Source: Phoronis australis (lineage: Eukaryota; Animalia; Phoronida). Taken from it: a stretch of 64,000 bases of DNA. Position numbers and translations under genes: made by a program. The stretch covers positions 350,399 through 414,398 of the forward strand of contig NMRA01000296.1 of assembly GCA_002633005.1 (NCBI GenBank). Reading direction: 5' to 3'. The notes under the pieces were generated by a model, which was not told the DNA's origin, did no database searches, and worked only from the letters and a program-made list of their open reading frames with translations. Positions 1-12,154 of this stretch are shown here, one piece after another (position 1 is the first letter of the stretch; every line of letters begins with the position of its first letter).

Positions 1-210
1 TCTAGACCACTTGTGCAGAGACCATGACACTAAATTTCATTACCTACTGGGTTTCTGCTCTTTGTTTGTGATTTAGAATTCTCATCAAGAACTTATCTTT
101 AACATAGACCTCCTCTTTCGTAAGAAGTTAGATCTGCTTTTGTTCATGCAAATGAGTTTGCCTCACGTTCTGGTTATGTTTTATTTCAAAAAGTGTGTAT
201 CTTCTCGCAG

Positions 211-3200
211 ACAAAACCATCAAAGAAAGAACACAACTCCGCAAAGAAGGACAAGAAGGACCCCCACCTTGACAATACTCCCCCTGTTGTCCCTGGCAAG
301 AGTATCATCCAGACGGACGAACCAGGATCTGGCTCAGAGGGTCAGTGTCTGTGACAGGACTATTTCAAAGTTTTTGAATGCCCACTATCAGTATTTAATT
401 AATCAGTATTTAATTTGTTAGATACTGAAGATAGATATGGCCAATTTTTAATTTAGGACATAATTTGGGAGAAAATAAGAAGAACTTATTTTTGTTAATT
501 CTTTGAAAAATGAAAAAATATCACTTTGCTTAAGTTTTGTCTCAAATTGAAAAAAAGTTTCTGTAATCATGATGAAATACTGAAGTTTCATGTCACATGG
601 AAACAATTATAAATTCTTTGCCAAAAGATTTCATATCTGTTAATGATAACTTTTCAGAAAGTTACGATTGGTCCACGTGGTCTTTATGCAGCACCACTTG
701 TGGGCCAGGTATCAGAACTAGGACAGCTTATTGTCTGGACAACTCGCTGACAGTGGATGAATGCGTTGATGATGGGAAAAATCCAGTGGAAACAGAGAAA
801 TGTTTTGAAAAAGAATGCAAAGGTATAGATATCTGTTATGTAGGTAGGGGAAGGTAACCGTTTTAGAGTCATTTTTGGTTGAAAATGATTTTTTGGTTAT
901 CTTAGATAAATTTTCAGGTTAATTAGATTCTTCAGGTTCTAATTAATTTTGCATATATGTCACTTTGGAAGTGACTTTCCCGACCCGAATCATCATTAGG
1001 CTGCCATTCTGCTGTGTGGTGAGTAAGGATTGCATAGAAACTGAGTAGTGTTCCCCCTCCCCCAACCCACACCCATATTTCTAACTTGGGTGACAGTAGA
1101 GGATGTCCCAAAAGTAATGACACTCTCAAGTTTGAATGCATACGCATTTAGTTAGTCATGGATGTCAGTGAAAATGACTTAAAACTACATTTGAAGTTTC
1201 TTTATTGTATAATCACATGATTCAGATTGTATTTTGATCAATGACAGTGTGCAGTTATGAAAAAATAGTGAAGTGAAAAATTCACTTATCTGTTCCTTTA
1301 TAGAAATTATTAGATGTAAAAAAAAACCTATTCCTTCCTAATCTCTGAAAAGTGCAACCCCGAGGTCTCCAATCTGCTTGATTTATGGACATGCCAATTG
1401 AAAATAGACGTACTTATCAGTTGTTGAGTTTGTGATGGTATCCTCTTTGTAAAAGGTCTAAAAAATGTGCCCAGGGCAATAGTGGAAGTCTCAGTGGGAC
1501 TCGGGCTGTTATCCAATCAGATTCCACTAGTGTCACAGCTGGATAGATGTCTCTGTGCATAATCTGTGTTGAGTGATTGGCAGCTTCTTTCTTCTCGCCC
1601 TTGAAACATCTAGGGAGCCTTGTATATCAGATAACCTTATGCACAGAAACTGTGCAATGACTCTAAATGAAGAGTTCATCTGCAAGCTGAACATGTTAAC
1701 GGTTTATCAGTATTCCAGTTGGTGCTTTTCAGACATTTGTACTGTGAGATGCTTCAATGGTGGAATATGCGAGAAAAACAAGTGTACTTGTCCATATGGT
1801 TACCATGGAAATCAATGTGAAAAAGGTATAACAATAACTTATTTAGAAAAAAGACCTGTTGTAGTAAGCCTTTCTCAGTATATATAGTGGAGCGTATTAT
1901 TTTTAACTTTTGGATGAATAAACTTGATCCTTAAGTGAATGCCTGGTGTCAGAGTTCAGTTTCTACTAAATGGGTTAAAGTTCACAAGATATCTGTATGG
2001 ATTGAGAACTGATTCAGTTTAGTTTGAATTCAAAAAAGAACACCTCTCTTTAAAGCTGTTTGGTTTCTGATGTTGACTGATTGCACACAGTTTGTTTGAA
2101 ATGGCACTTGAATTGTAAATTATAAAGGACATTTGGTTGGCAAAGCCATGCATTTTCACAATGATTTAAGCTTTACTCTACAAAGTTGACAAATTGATTT
2201 AGCTATTTCATTGCCACGCATGCCTTTTGAAGAGTTACGAGGTCACTGCCAAACACACCAGTCGGCATGTTGGAAACTTTCCTACTCTTGACACGGTTAA
2301 TCCTGAATTTCGTGGCAGATAACTTAAACCTAAATTCCAAATGAAAGTAAAGATTTTTTCACATTTTTTAAAGAAATTTCAATCAATCACTTAAAGGTCA
2401 AAAAGCAATCGATGCAATAACCTCTAAACTACCCACCGTCACCACCTAATTGACTCAAATTCAAAATGATTTTGATTCAGGATCCCAGTTTAAAATGTCA
2501 GACATCAGGTGAGATATGGGCGGGGACCAACCAAAATTCTTCATTTACTGTTGATAATCGGTGTTTTCACCTGAAATCTTGAATAGTCTACCAGACAAAT
2601 TCCTGCCTCAATGTACTTCATAATTTGCCAATATTAATTTGATGGGCCATATATTCTGGAAAGGATGAGAAAAATAAATTTCAATTACACGTCATGCATG
2701 CATCCTATGATGGTGAAATTTCACTCCAAGTGGCGTACTGGTAAGTATGCGTACTTAACATTATGCATACGCGTACTTAAAGGAAAAAAAGTTGGCAAAA
2801 CACGCTACCTTTATTTTTATCACATTTAGCATTAGTTTTGTAAAGTCAATTGTATTTATGCTGCATTTTACCCGTATTTACTGTGTGTCTACAATTAAGT
2901 TGTCCACACCACAGCACAGCACAGAGCACAGCACAGCACACCACAGCACAGCACAGCACAGCACAGCACAGCACACCACACCACAGCACACCTCATCACA
3001 TCCCAACGACTGCCGTGGACTGTATCTCATGTTTGCCCGTTTCTCCTGTTTTCAGCTCGTTGCCACCTAAAATGCCTTAACGGAGGTTTCTGCATGAAGC
3101 CCTATCAGTGCGCCTGCCCTCCTCAGTATTCNGGCCATATATTCTGGAAAGGATGAGAAAATTAAATTTCAATTACACGTCATGCATGCATCCTATGATG

Positions 3201-6200
3201 GTGAAATTTCACTCCAAGTGGCGTACTGGTAAGTATGCGTACTTAACATTATGCATACGCGTACTTAAAGGAAAAAAGTTGGCAAAACACGCTACCTTTA
3301 TTTTTATCACATTTAGCATTAGTTTTGTAAAGTCAATTGTATTTATGCTGTATTTTACCCGTATTTACTGTGTGTCTACAATTAAGTTGTCCACACCACA
3401 GCACAGCACAGAGCACAGCACAGCACAGCACACCACAGCACAGCACAGCACAGCACACCACACCACAGCACACCTCATCACATCCCAACGACTGCCGTGG
3501 ACTGTATCTCATGTTTGCCCGTTTCTCCTGTTTTCAGCTCGTTGCCACCTAAAATGCCTTAACGGAGGTTTCTGCATGAAGCCCTATCAGTGCGCCTGCC
3601 CTCCTCAGTATTCGGGTAGACAGTGTGAAAGGGGTAAGTAACCAACCCGGGGGGGAACTCTTTGTCCATTGACACTTCTTATGCACATTCCACCTATGGT
3701 AAGCCGCTCTTACTGAACTCTGCAGATCTGTAACAGACTTAGATTGGAAAAATTTTAAGGTGTCCAAAATTGCATCCTGAAAATTCTGTTGGTATACTGA
3801 GGGTCTGTTTCATGAAAGCATAGGCTTTATTGTACATGGACTGTCAACTCCGAATATTTTCAGTTGATGAAATTTGTGATCTTACGCATAAGCTGTGACG
3901 TCTGGCAACACCTGGCAAAATTAGCAAGTTTTACTTCCAGCAAGTACGTTGTCTGTTAATCATGGTTGGCTGTTGTGTGGCTGGGTGCCAAAAGTACTCA
4001 CGATACCAACAGTTCTATTACTGGAAGACTTTGAACAGTGTTTCAATGGCGAAATTACTTTTTTCGTTGTACTGGACAGTAAAATAGGTGCGAAAATTTT
4101 AAGTCACAATACACTAAATGAAAACTGAAATTGGTAATTTAAGAGAGTGGCGCCTCCTCTTGGATAGTACGCAAGAAAATGTCGGAGTTGCGAATCTGTT
4201 GTCTATAATCTATGGTGAAAGTGACTGAAGACTTCAGTCAGAAATTTGATCTTACAGTTCGGCTTCACAATTACCGCATAAAGGTTAAGTCACCATTACC
4301 ACATCACTGCCTGGAAATAGTTTGTAAAAATGTTCTCAGTAAGTAGCCGTTATAGGTATAGATATTTTGTTCTTTTGCTTAATAATTTAATTTTGATTAG
4401 TTCTAAGAAGTAATTCTATAGAGCGTAAGACCAAATGTCTGTCTAAGTCTTAAGTTATGTTTCATGAAACAGGCCCCTGGATTACTCATCATTAATTTTT
4501 TGAGAAAAGTTTGAAGACTACACCCAAACATTAGCTATACCTTGATAAGTCAGTCAGGAAAGTCTGTCACTCATATACAGTCTGGTTGAAAGGTGGCATG
4601 TTGGGATATTAGAGCTTGTATTCTTCATGCGATACCATTTCTTAACTTATTTCACACAAAAATAATTACCAAATATTGTATTTTTTCATTTTTGATGTTT
4701 ACCCTGCTGTAAATTATGGAAAATTTACCAAAAGTTGTTTTATGACAACACATCTAGACAGTACAAGTCATGTTACCAATGGACCAACATTTTCAAGAAA
4801 TTTGACGAAATAGAATTTCACTTGTCGACCATGTTGTGTGCTAAATAAGTAAAGAATTACTGCCACACAGTCTTCATTGTTGTGAATCAATTACATGTAT
4901 GAGCATTAAAAGAAATTTGTCTTAGATGTCGATGGGTGTCATTGATTTATTTAGTGTTTCTAATAGTTTGTTCTTATCTTGCCGTATAGTTCTTGCTTCT
5001 TTTTCCCTTTTTGTGATAGCGCTCCTGAGAAGTCTTTTCCTGATGGCATGAACATCATGAGGTGATGTATTGGGTAAACGAAAGCACAAGAATTTAGGGA
5101 ACACTCCAAGAGCCCGACAGTTCTTAAGAAAATTGATGTCCTGATTAGCCTTCTGCTCTCTGACCGCAAGTTTTTCTAGTCTGCGCAACTCCTTGGTTTC
5201 AATATCTTCATATTTTCTTGCTAANNNNNNNNNNNNNNNNNNNNNNNNNNNNNNNNNNNNNNNNNNNNNNNNNNNNNNNNNNNNNNNNNNNNNNNNNNNN
5301 NNNNNNNNNNNNNNNNNNNNNNNNNNNNNNNNNNNNNNNNNNNNNNNNNNNNNNNNNNNNNNNNNNNNNNNNNNNNNNNNNNNNNNNNNNNNNNNNNNNN
5401 NNNNNNNNNNNNNNNNNNNNNNNNNNNNNNNNNNNNNNNNNNNNNNNNNNNNNNNNNNNNNNNNNCCGTTGTTGTTTTCGTGAACATATGCTGTTACTTG
5501 CTATCATGGAGATCTTTTGGAAATCTCATCAGAGATTTAGCAAGAAAATATGAAGATATTGAAACCAAGGAGTTGCGCAGACTAGAAAAACTTGCGGTCA
5601 GAGAGCAGAAGGCTAATCAGGACATCAATTTTATTAAGAACTGTCGGGCTCTTGGAGTGTTCCCTAAATTCTTGTGCTTTCGTTTACCCAATACATCACC
5701 TCATGATGTTCATGCCATCAGGAAAAGACTTCTCAGGAGCGCTATCACAAAAAGGGAAAAAGAAGCAAGAACTATACGGTGAGATAAGAACAAACTATTA
5801 GAAACACTAAATAAATTTGTCTTAGTGGTGAATATAAATATGAACATCCATCATTATGTCATAGGGCTAGGACCAGTCTGCTGGCAAGTTTGACAATAAT
5901 CTTATCATTAAGCTTAGACTAGGAAATTAATACATTATATGATAAAGGTGAAACATCTTTTCTTGTGCTTGCAGCGGTGTGTACCCCTGGCTGCAAGCAT
6001 GGCAGTGTTTGCGTGGCGGGGTTCTGTAAATGTCCCGCTGGCACGGTACCACCCAAATGTGAACGTAAGTAGGTCACTGATCATTGCACATTTCACATTA
6101 TAATTTTAAAATTAGGTAACTTTGCCTTGGGCTTGGAAGAGATAACTCTGCATAATGGCTTAGAATTTTGCAGATGGTTGTAAATCAATGGTGTCAGTCA

Positions 6201-9200
6201 CACACAATAGGCCTTTTAAAATTGACATACAGTCAGTAAAAGTAGTTCTTTTTGAACCCTGCTCTTAGGCATACAACTGTCCCAGTTGGACTACGTAATG
6301 TCCCGTCCACACACTGCCTACCCTAGAACAAGTTGCACTAGAGCAACTTACCCCATGTTTAAGTAGAGCATCCACACACGCATAAACTAGGGTATGGCAG
6401 AGGTTTATGGTTCCAAGAAAACTGACTTAGCTAAAACCAATCTTAAATTTAAATTGCCTTTGTGATAAAACTTCAGTTTGTCTTAAGTCTGTTCCAAGAA
6501 AGTGATCTTATGTTTGTCTAATTAGTTTTTGACTTAATTTTTGTCTTAAGTTTGACTTGCTTGTCGGATGTGGAAGTTTCAAAGGTCAGAAGTTGAGACA
6601 AATCTGAGGTTTAAGTCAGAAATGAACTTAAATCACTTTCTTGGAACGGACCCCTGACTGAGAAGATAATTGTTTCATTAAACCATATGGGTTTTGAATA
6701 GACAGACTCGGAATGAAGTTGGTCGTATCTTGTTCATTATCCAGTTTAGAAATGATATCTGGGCTCGAAAAGTGCTGACAGTCAGTAATGTCTTCAGACA
6801 AAGCTCATAAAATTTCAGGTCGCGGCATGAGCTTGGTCTCAAGAAATAACAAAAAAATGTCAATTCTTTCAAAGCCATACAATCGTCTCTCATTTAATTA
6901 AGGAGCCACTTGAGGCCAATTTCATAATGGTAAGTGGCCTAAATCAAAACTTGATGTTTAACAGAAAGCTTAGGTTTGAATTTACCGGAGCTGGTTTTAG
7001 ATACTTTACCTATTTGAGTAAATGGTTTCTAACCTTTCATTCAAGTTTTACTCACTACATACTGGTATTTAAACTTCCTGAAACTGATATGATATTGTTA
7101 GCCCCTATACTTTGTGTGTAAAAGTATATCCGCAATTCAGTCATGATCTTGCTTTATAAACAAGGTTTTTCATTGCAGGCTTCAGCCTCAACTTTTTTAA
7201 TTGTAAGTTTGAATTCCACCAATTTCGGACAAAAATAATCGCCGAAATAGCCCTTTTCTTATTTTTCAAGGGCATCTTACGTAATTGTCAGTGCAAAGAA
7301 ATTTTTCAAAATTTTGTTTGATCATGGTAGTTATCATACAGAACTTGAACATGGTTAACCATTAGTTTAGTGCTGCATGTTTTTTATTTAAGTTAACTGT
7401 TTTGTATCTGTCGGTCATATTCATTTGTGTTCTACATTGGAGATTTTGACATATTTTAGTTCATTCACAGAATATCAGAGTCTTGGAGGCTATCTGGCCA
7501 TGCACATTCCCAGTTCTCGGTTAAAAACTCTCATTTTGAGGAACAGTAAAATGACAAATGTTTTTGTTTGTGTTACCAGCTTACTTTTGAAGACCATTAC
7601 AATTACTGGGCTGTTTACCAGACAGTGTCGATTTCATGTATTTTTCATCGTATTTTCCATTCTGTTTCAGCGGCGTGCAAGGCAAAGTGCCTCAATGGTG
7701 GAACATGCATGAACGGAAATAGGTGTCGCTGCCCTAGAGGTTTCTATGGGAACCAATGTCAGTTTAGCTTCAACTACTATGTCAATGATGCGAGTGGACG
7801 TAAGTTAAGGTTTTGCCAGCTCCAGCTTCTTTTGCTGTCATCACGTAATTCTCAAAAAAATTCAAAACTCAAAAAGCTGTATCATTGGTATCACCAATGT
7901 TCTTTTCTAATTTCTTTAAATTGGTGATACTTCAACTGAAGTATGCGTTGAACCATGTTTCATGGAGAATTACTGTTTACTGAAACTAATGCTCAAGTAT
8001 GAATAGATGTCATGGTTTTCAAGCTGGTATGATTGCTGTGCCGAATCCTGTGGGAATGCTTTTTAATGGACTAAACACATTGGAAACTACAGTTTCAAGA
8101 ATACAAAACCAGATTGTTGGAGACAGTAGTTATAATCTCTATTCAGATATGTGTTTGCGAACTGTGAATCTTAAAAGGCTGCAATAATGGTACCTGAAGT
8201 GTTTATTGATTTGTATACTGTATGGTTACATGGTTTGTAAATTGTATTTACAACTTTCACTCTACTCACCCTGATTACCTGCAGGCAGTGCATTACCATA
8301 TCCTTTGTCTTTCCAATGCAATAAACCTAGTTACTCTGGTGGAAATAACTACGGGCGCAGTACTTTCCAACAAAGATTTACATGCTCAAATAACTCGCGC
8401 AGGTCTTTATGAATAAGCTTGACTTGCTGCTTGGCTGGGGCATACCTTATTGTCACCAGAATTCATTTGGTGTCCTAAGATACCGCTCAGGGTAAAGCAC
8501 CTTGCCTAGCCTAGTCTTGGTGTAACAAGGTCTGTAAATACTATTAAATCAATGGTCACCTTGCGATTAATATGTACCCTATATTATTTCTAGCTGACTG
8601 CAGTAAAGGTTGTTTTAATGGAGGTCGCTGTATTGGTGTGAACAAGTGTGCGTGCAGGCACGGCTACACTGGAGAGAGCTGTGAGAAAGGTATTGGGGTT
8701 CATCAAGTGCAGTTTGCATGCTATTTAGTACACAATATGGCCGACACATAGAAATGTGTGTTGCCACATTTTTAACAAAAATTAGCCTCAAGAAAGTTCT
8801 ATTTAATTAAAAACATAGTCTGTCCAGTATAATTATGATAAAACAACATTTTTTCATTATTTCTAAGATTGTAAATTAGCCTTAGAAAATTAGACAAATT
8901 ACCATTTTGTGTGAAATAAGTGAAGAATTACCATAACCACCCATATCTATGATTATTTGGATAAAAGTTAAAATTCCAACATATTGATATTGATATTGAT
9001 ACGGTTTGAGTATAATCATATATCAGTAGCTAAAGCTTTTTAAGAATGAGTTTTGTGGCGCAAATGAGTGACCTACCACTCAAATGGTTTGTCAGTTTTG
9101 TAATGCACAATGATATAAATCCTTGTGCTTTTTCTTGAAGTTGTACCATGTCTTCTGTGTTTACCATTATGTTATTATCTATTACGTTCCATCATTTCAG

Positions 9201-12154
9201 CATTGTGTTCTCCTACTTGTCAAAATGGTGGAACATGTCTGCGACCTCACGTCTGCATGTGCAAGGCTGGTACATGGGGTGCCTATTGTCAACAATGTGA
9301 GTGTCAAGATTGATCCTGCAGAGAGCATTAGATCCTACTTTTCAGCTTTTCTAGCTTTATTCAGTTGGTAACTTGTGTGTTGTCGTTGATGCTTACTGGT
9401 TGGGTTTTCCCTGACGGCTGATGTCACTGGCCCACCTCTAAGATAATATAAGTGGGCCAACGACATCAGCCTGAGAGACTTGGTTTAAATAAAGCTCACA
9501 GATCGGTTTCTTATGTTACAGATTCTTGCGAACAACAGTGTAAAAACGGCGGCCGCTGTGATAGTCCCAATCTTTGCCGTTGTCCGATTGGCTACTCTGG
9601 CGACAATTGTGAACGCAGTGAGTGTTGCATAAAAATTTTCTTTTTTCACTGGAGTTAATACTGCGACAATGAAATGATCGAGTCAACTCTCTTCTTTATT
9701 GTGCAGTTGAATGTAACGCGTGTGTTTGAGAAAATGTGTCAGGATTATGAACACAATGCCAGTATTATATCACACCAATATTTTGACTTTTAAAAATACT
9801 ATTCATGGTGATGACTCTAGTGTCATTTAATTCTTTATCAATTCTAAAATGCTAATGGAGCTCATGAAAAGTCCCTCTTTATAATACTTGAATAGATTGG
9901 AAGCAGAAAGCAGGTCATCAACACGGGGGGACATCTGTGGGCTAACGGTCCCATGTGACTACCTGTTGTGAATGCATGCATTTCAACAGATAGGACCATT
10001 GTCTCACTGATGCCACCTGGTGAATTTCACGCTAACCATTATCTGATCCATTTAAGGGCTTGTAAATACCCTGAAAGGGGTGCTTCAAAATGTTTTGATT
10101 TATACTGGAAATGATGAAGATCATATTTGAAAATAACTTTTAATATTTATGTAAAAGTATTTGAGCTTCTGGAAATAAAGTTACTTTCAAAACACCTTTT
10201 AATTGCAGAAACTTGTTCATTGTCATGTCAGAATGGTGGACAGTGTATCCATGGAAACCGTTGCCGTTGTCAGTCGGGTTACTACGGTAGAAAATGTGAA
10301 ATGAAGTGAGTATGACCTGAACAAAATCTTGATGTGTGATGCAGGTACTACACTGCATATTTTTATTTCAGTGGACCAGTTTTTCACTTGTATTTTAGCG
10401 CTATCTTGAGATAAGTGATGTCTTGCAGGTGGCGCTACAAACTGTTAAGTATAGCAACACACAATATACTACTAGGAAAGTTCAATTCTATTTTGTCAAC
10501 TCGTGATAAAACAGACATAAAAAATTGACCTCAATCTGCCATTACCATGGTTTGCACTGCAGAGCCTTTGTAAAACAATGCTTGATGAAATTTTAGCTAC
10601 TTGAAGCATGTAGTGGAGTTGCAAATATCGATAACAATTTATACGTTTGTCAATTGTTTTTATGCAAAATTACTAAGAAATTATCATAAGCCTTTTATTA
10701 TGCGAAGTAGGCTTTCTTTTTTCTCTTCAGTTTCCTTTTCATTTTTGCCCATTTTTGTGTGAAACATTGAAGCAGCTATAAACTTGCATTCCATTTTAAA
10801 AAAATAACATTTGACTTTAACCATTAATGTTGTAAAATTGATCTCAACGTGTGATTTTATGGTTTTATACTGCAATTGTAACGATCCCTGAAGATTATGA
10901 ACATCCGTTCAGCCCAGAAGATACACATTTCTTTGGTTTGAGAAAGTAACAATTCCTTCCAAACACAAAAGGTTGTCTTGGAACTATGACATCAGCCGAA
11001 AGTTATTCATTCAATTAGGCTTATCAATTAAGAGAACGACGATTCATAGAATTGTAATAAAATCATGATACGGAAGCGATAGATTTCTATATTCATACGC
11101 CAAGGCTAATTTTAGTTCCAATTTTCTCCATTAGGTGTCTTATAAAGTTATGACTTTAGAATCAAATTGCTAAAATTGTGTGTTTTTCCACCACAAGTTT
11201 CAATGTCTAACGTAAAAATAAGCAATTAGAATACTATCTTGGCATTCTTACAGGCAATGCAAATATGAGAAAGTAATGGAGCCATACCAGCGCGGATACA
11301 ACAAACTCATGACAACTAATTACAAAACAAAATGTGGTTTCTTTGGCTGGAATACCTGTGTAAAAGTACGGTAAGTGTCCTCCAGGTGGAACCATCTCTT
11401 AAAGGGATACTAAACTAGTGATTTCACCGAATACTGGGTTAGTCATCTAGTGTACAATTAGTACTGCCCCTCAAATTTAAAAGTATTATTCAGCCAAAAG
11501 ACATCAAAGTCACCCCGGGTGGTTTAAAGAGAGCTTTTCTTTACCGGTGTCATTGATTAACTCATTTGTTACACTTGTCGATTTAGTAGACCTTGTGTAA
11601 CAGGTAATGTTGATGAGTTGCATGTTGGTACAAACTGACACTCTCCCTTTGTTGACACTTGTATTTCAGTTTTGCCTTGGTTGCTTGTCCAGCAAGTAAC
11701 CTCTTTGAGTTTGTTTTTCATTCCAAATATATGGTTATTAAGACAAAAGTGGACCTATTAAAATAATACTTACTCACTAGAAAAACGTATCAAATTTTAT
11801 CCATCCGAACTCACTGGTCAGCGATAAAACATCGTTTTTAATTGTCCAGAGGTGGGAATCTGAAAGAGCTTCTTTTTTTCACTTGCATGCTGTGAACTTT
11901 GCATAGATAACAATTAAAGTGCATCATTGTCACAAAACACAAACCCAAATTTGAGTACTGGAAACGATTGATTGATTGATTAATACCACGCAAATCTTCA
12001 GGAGGAAAAGTGGACTTGTCAAATTCAATCATTAATCTAAGAGTTGGAAATTAAATGTGGTTTCAACAGTTATATGACATGCTATTTTTATTTTAGGAAA
12101 TACTACCAAATGGTTTACAAGACTTTCTACAGACCAACCTACAAATGTGTATAA
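211..12154 (+). CDS. 3' portion of a multi-exon TSP1 + 8x EGF-like + C-terminal EMI-like extracellular protein (5' end upstream of window)
   Basis: Phase-consistent AG/GT exons: 211-340 (TKPSKKEH...DEPGSGSE), 658-822 (TSP1), EGF exons 1733-1825, 3538-3633, 5975-6064, 7671-7799, 8594-8689, 9201-9296, 9522-9617 and 10209-10305, then 11254-11370 and 12097-12154 (stop TAA). The EGF exons are phase-1 modules with the CxxxCxNGGxCxxxxxCxCxxGYxGxxCE pattern. Confidence 0.9.
658..822 (+). CDS. Thrombospondin type-1 repeat exon
   Basis: [25 protein letters not shown]...[11 protein letters not shown] has the WxxW, CSxTCG and RxR TSP1 signature; flanked by ttttcag and gtatag. Confidence 0.9.
2645..3613. 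repeat. Tandem near-identical duplication (2645-3131 / 3133-3613) joined by a single N; probable uncollapsed haplotypes
   Basis: The copies differ by a few SNPs/indels, the junction is exactly the N at 3132, and the first copy holds a truncated copy of the EGF exon. Confidence 0.8.
2907..2990. repeat. (CACAG/CAC)n microsatellite, repeated at about 3393-3472
   Basis: Visible acagcacagcacag... array; it explains the HSTAQ low-complexity ORFs. Confidence 0.9.
3800..4477. mobile_element. PIF/Harbinger-like MITE
   Basis: Terminal inverted repeats agggtctgtttcatgaaa ... tttcatgaaacaggccc with ctg on both sides (CWG-type TSD). The same 3' end recurs at about 22000-22025 and 24560-24611. Confidence 0.6.
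4638..4862. mobile_element. ~230-bp MITE family with ttcttnacttattt...aaataagtnaagaatta termini
   Basis: Homologous copies seen at about 23480-23715, 28910-29138 and 53830-54083, and reversed or partial at about 8735-8935, 44630-44860 and 63800-63975. Confidence 0.6.
4926..5812. mobile_element. Penelope-like element fragment with inverted arms around an assembly gap
   Basis: 4926-5224 (-) and 5466-5812 (+) are near-identical inverted copies encoding ...[49 protein letters not shown]..., which resembles a PLE ORF N-terminus. They are flanked by the 13-bp direct repeat aaatttgtcttag (4913-4925, 5813-5825). Confidence 0.7.
5225..5465. other. Assembly gap (N run)
   Basis: Run of N characters. 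Confidence 1.
6398..6655. mobile_element. Harbinger-like MITE (degenerate)
   Basis: Inverted ends ggttccaagaaa...tttcttggaacggacccctg with an internal gttccaagaaagtgat copy. Confidence 0.45.
11254..12154 (+). CDS. Last two exons encoding an EMI-like Cys/Tyr-rich C-terminal module
   Basis: Exons 11254-11370 and 12097-12154 splice in frame to [57 protein letters not shown], which resembles EMI domains of the EGFL7/MEGF10 type. Confidence 0.75.

Noticed and set aside
2645-3613. Apparent tandem duplication of an EGF exon, and the 177-aa ORF 3108-3641
   Set aside because: The junction is a single N, the first exon copy is cut exactly there, and the differences look allelic. Probably an assembly artefact; the ORF is intron read-through.
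5193-5553. ORFs spanning the N run
   Set aside because: Artefacts of translating the gap.
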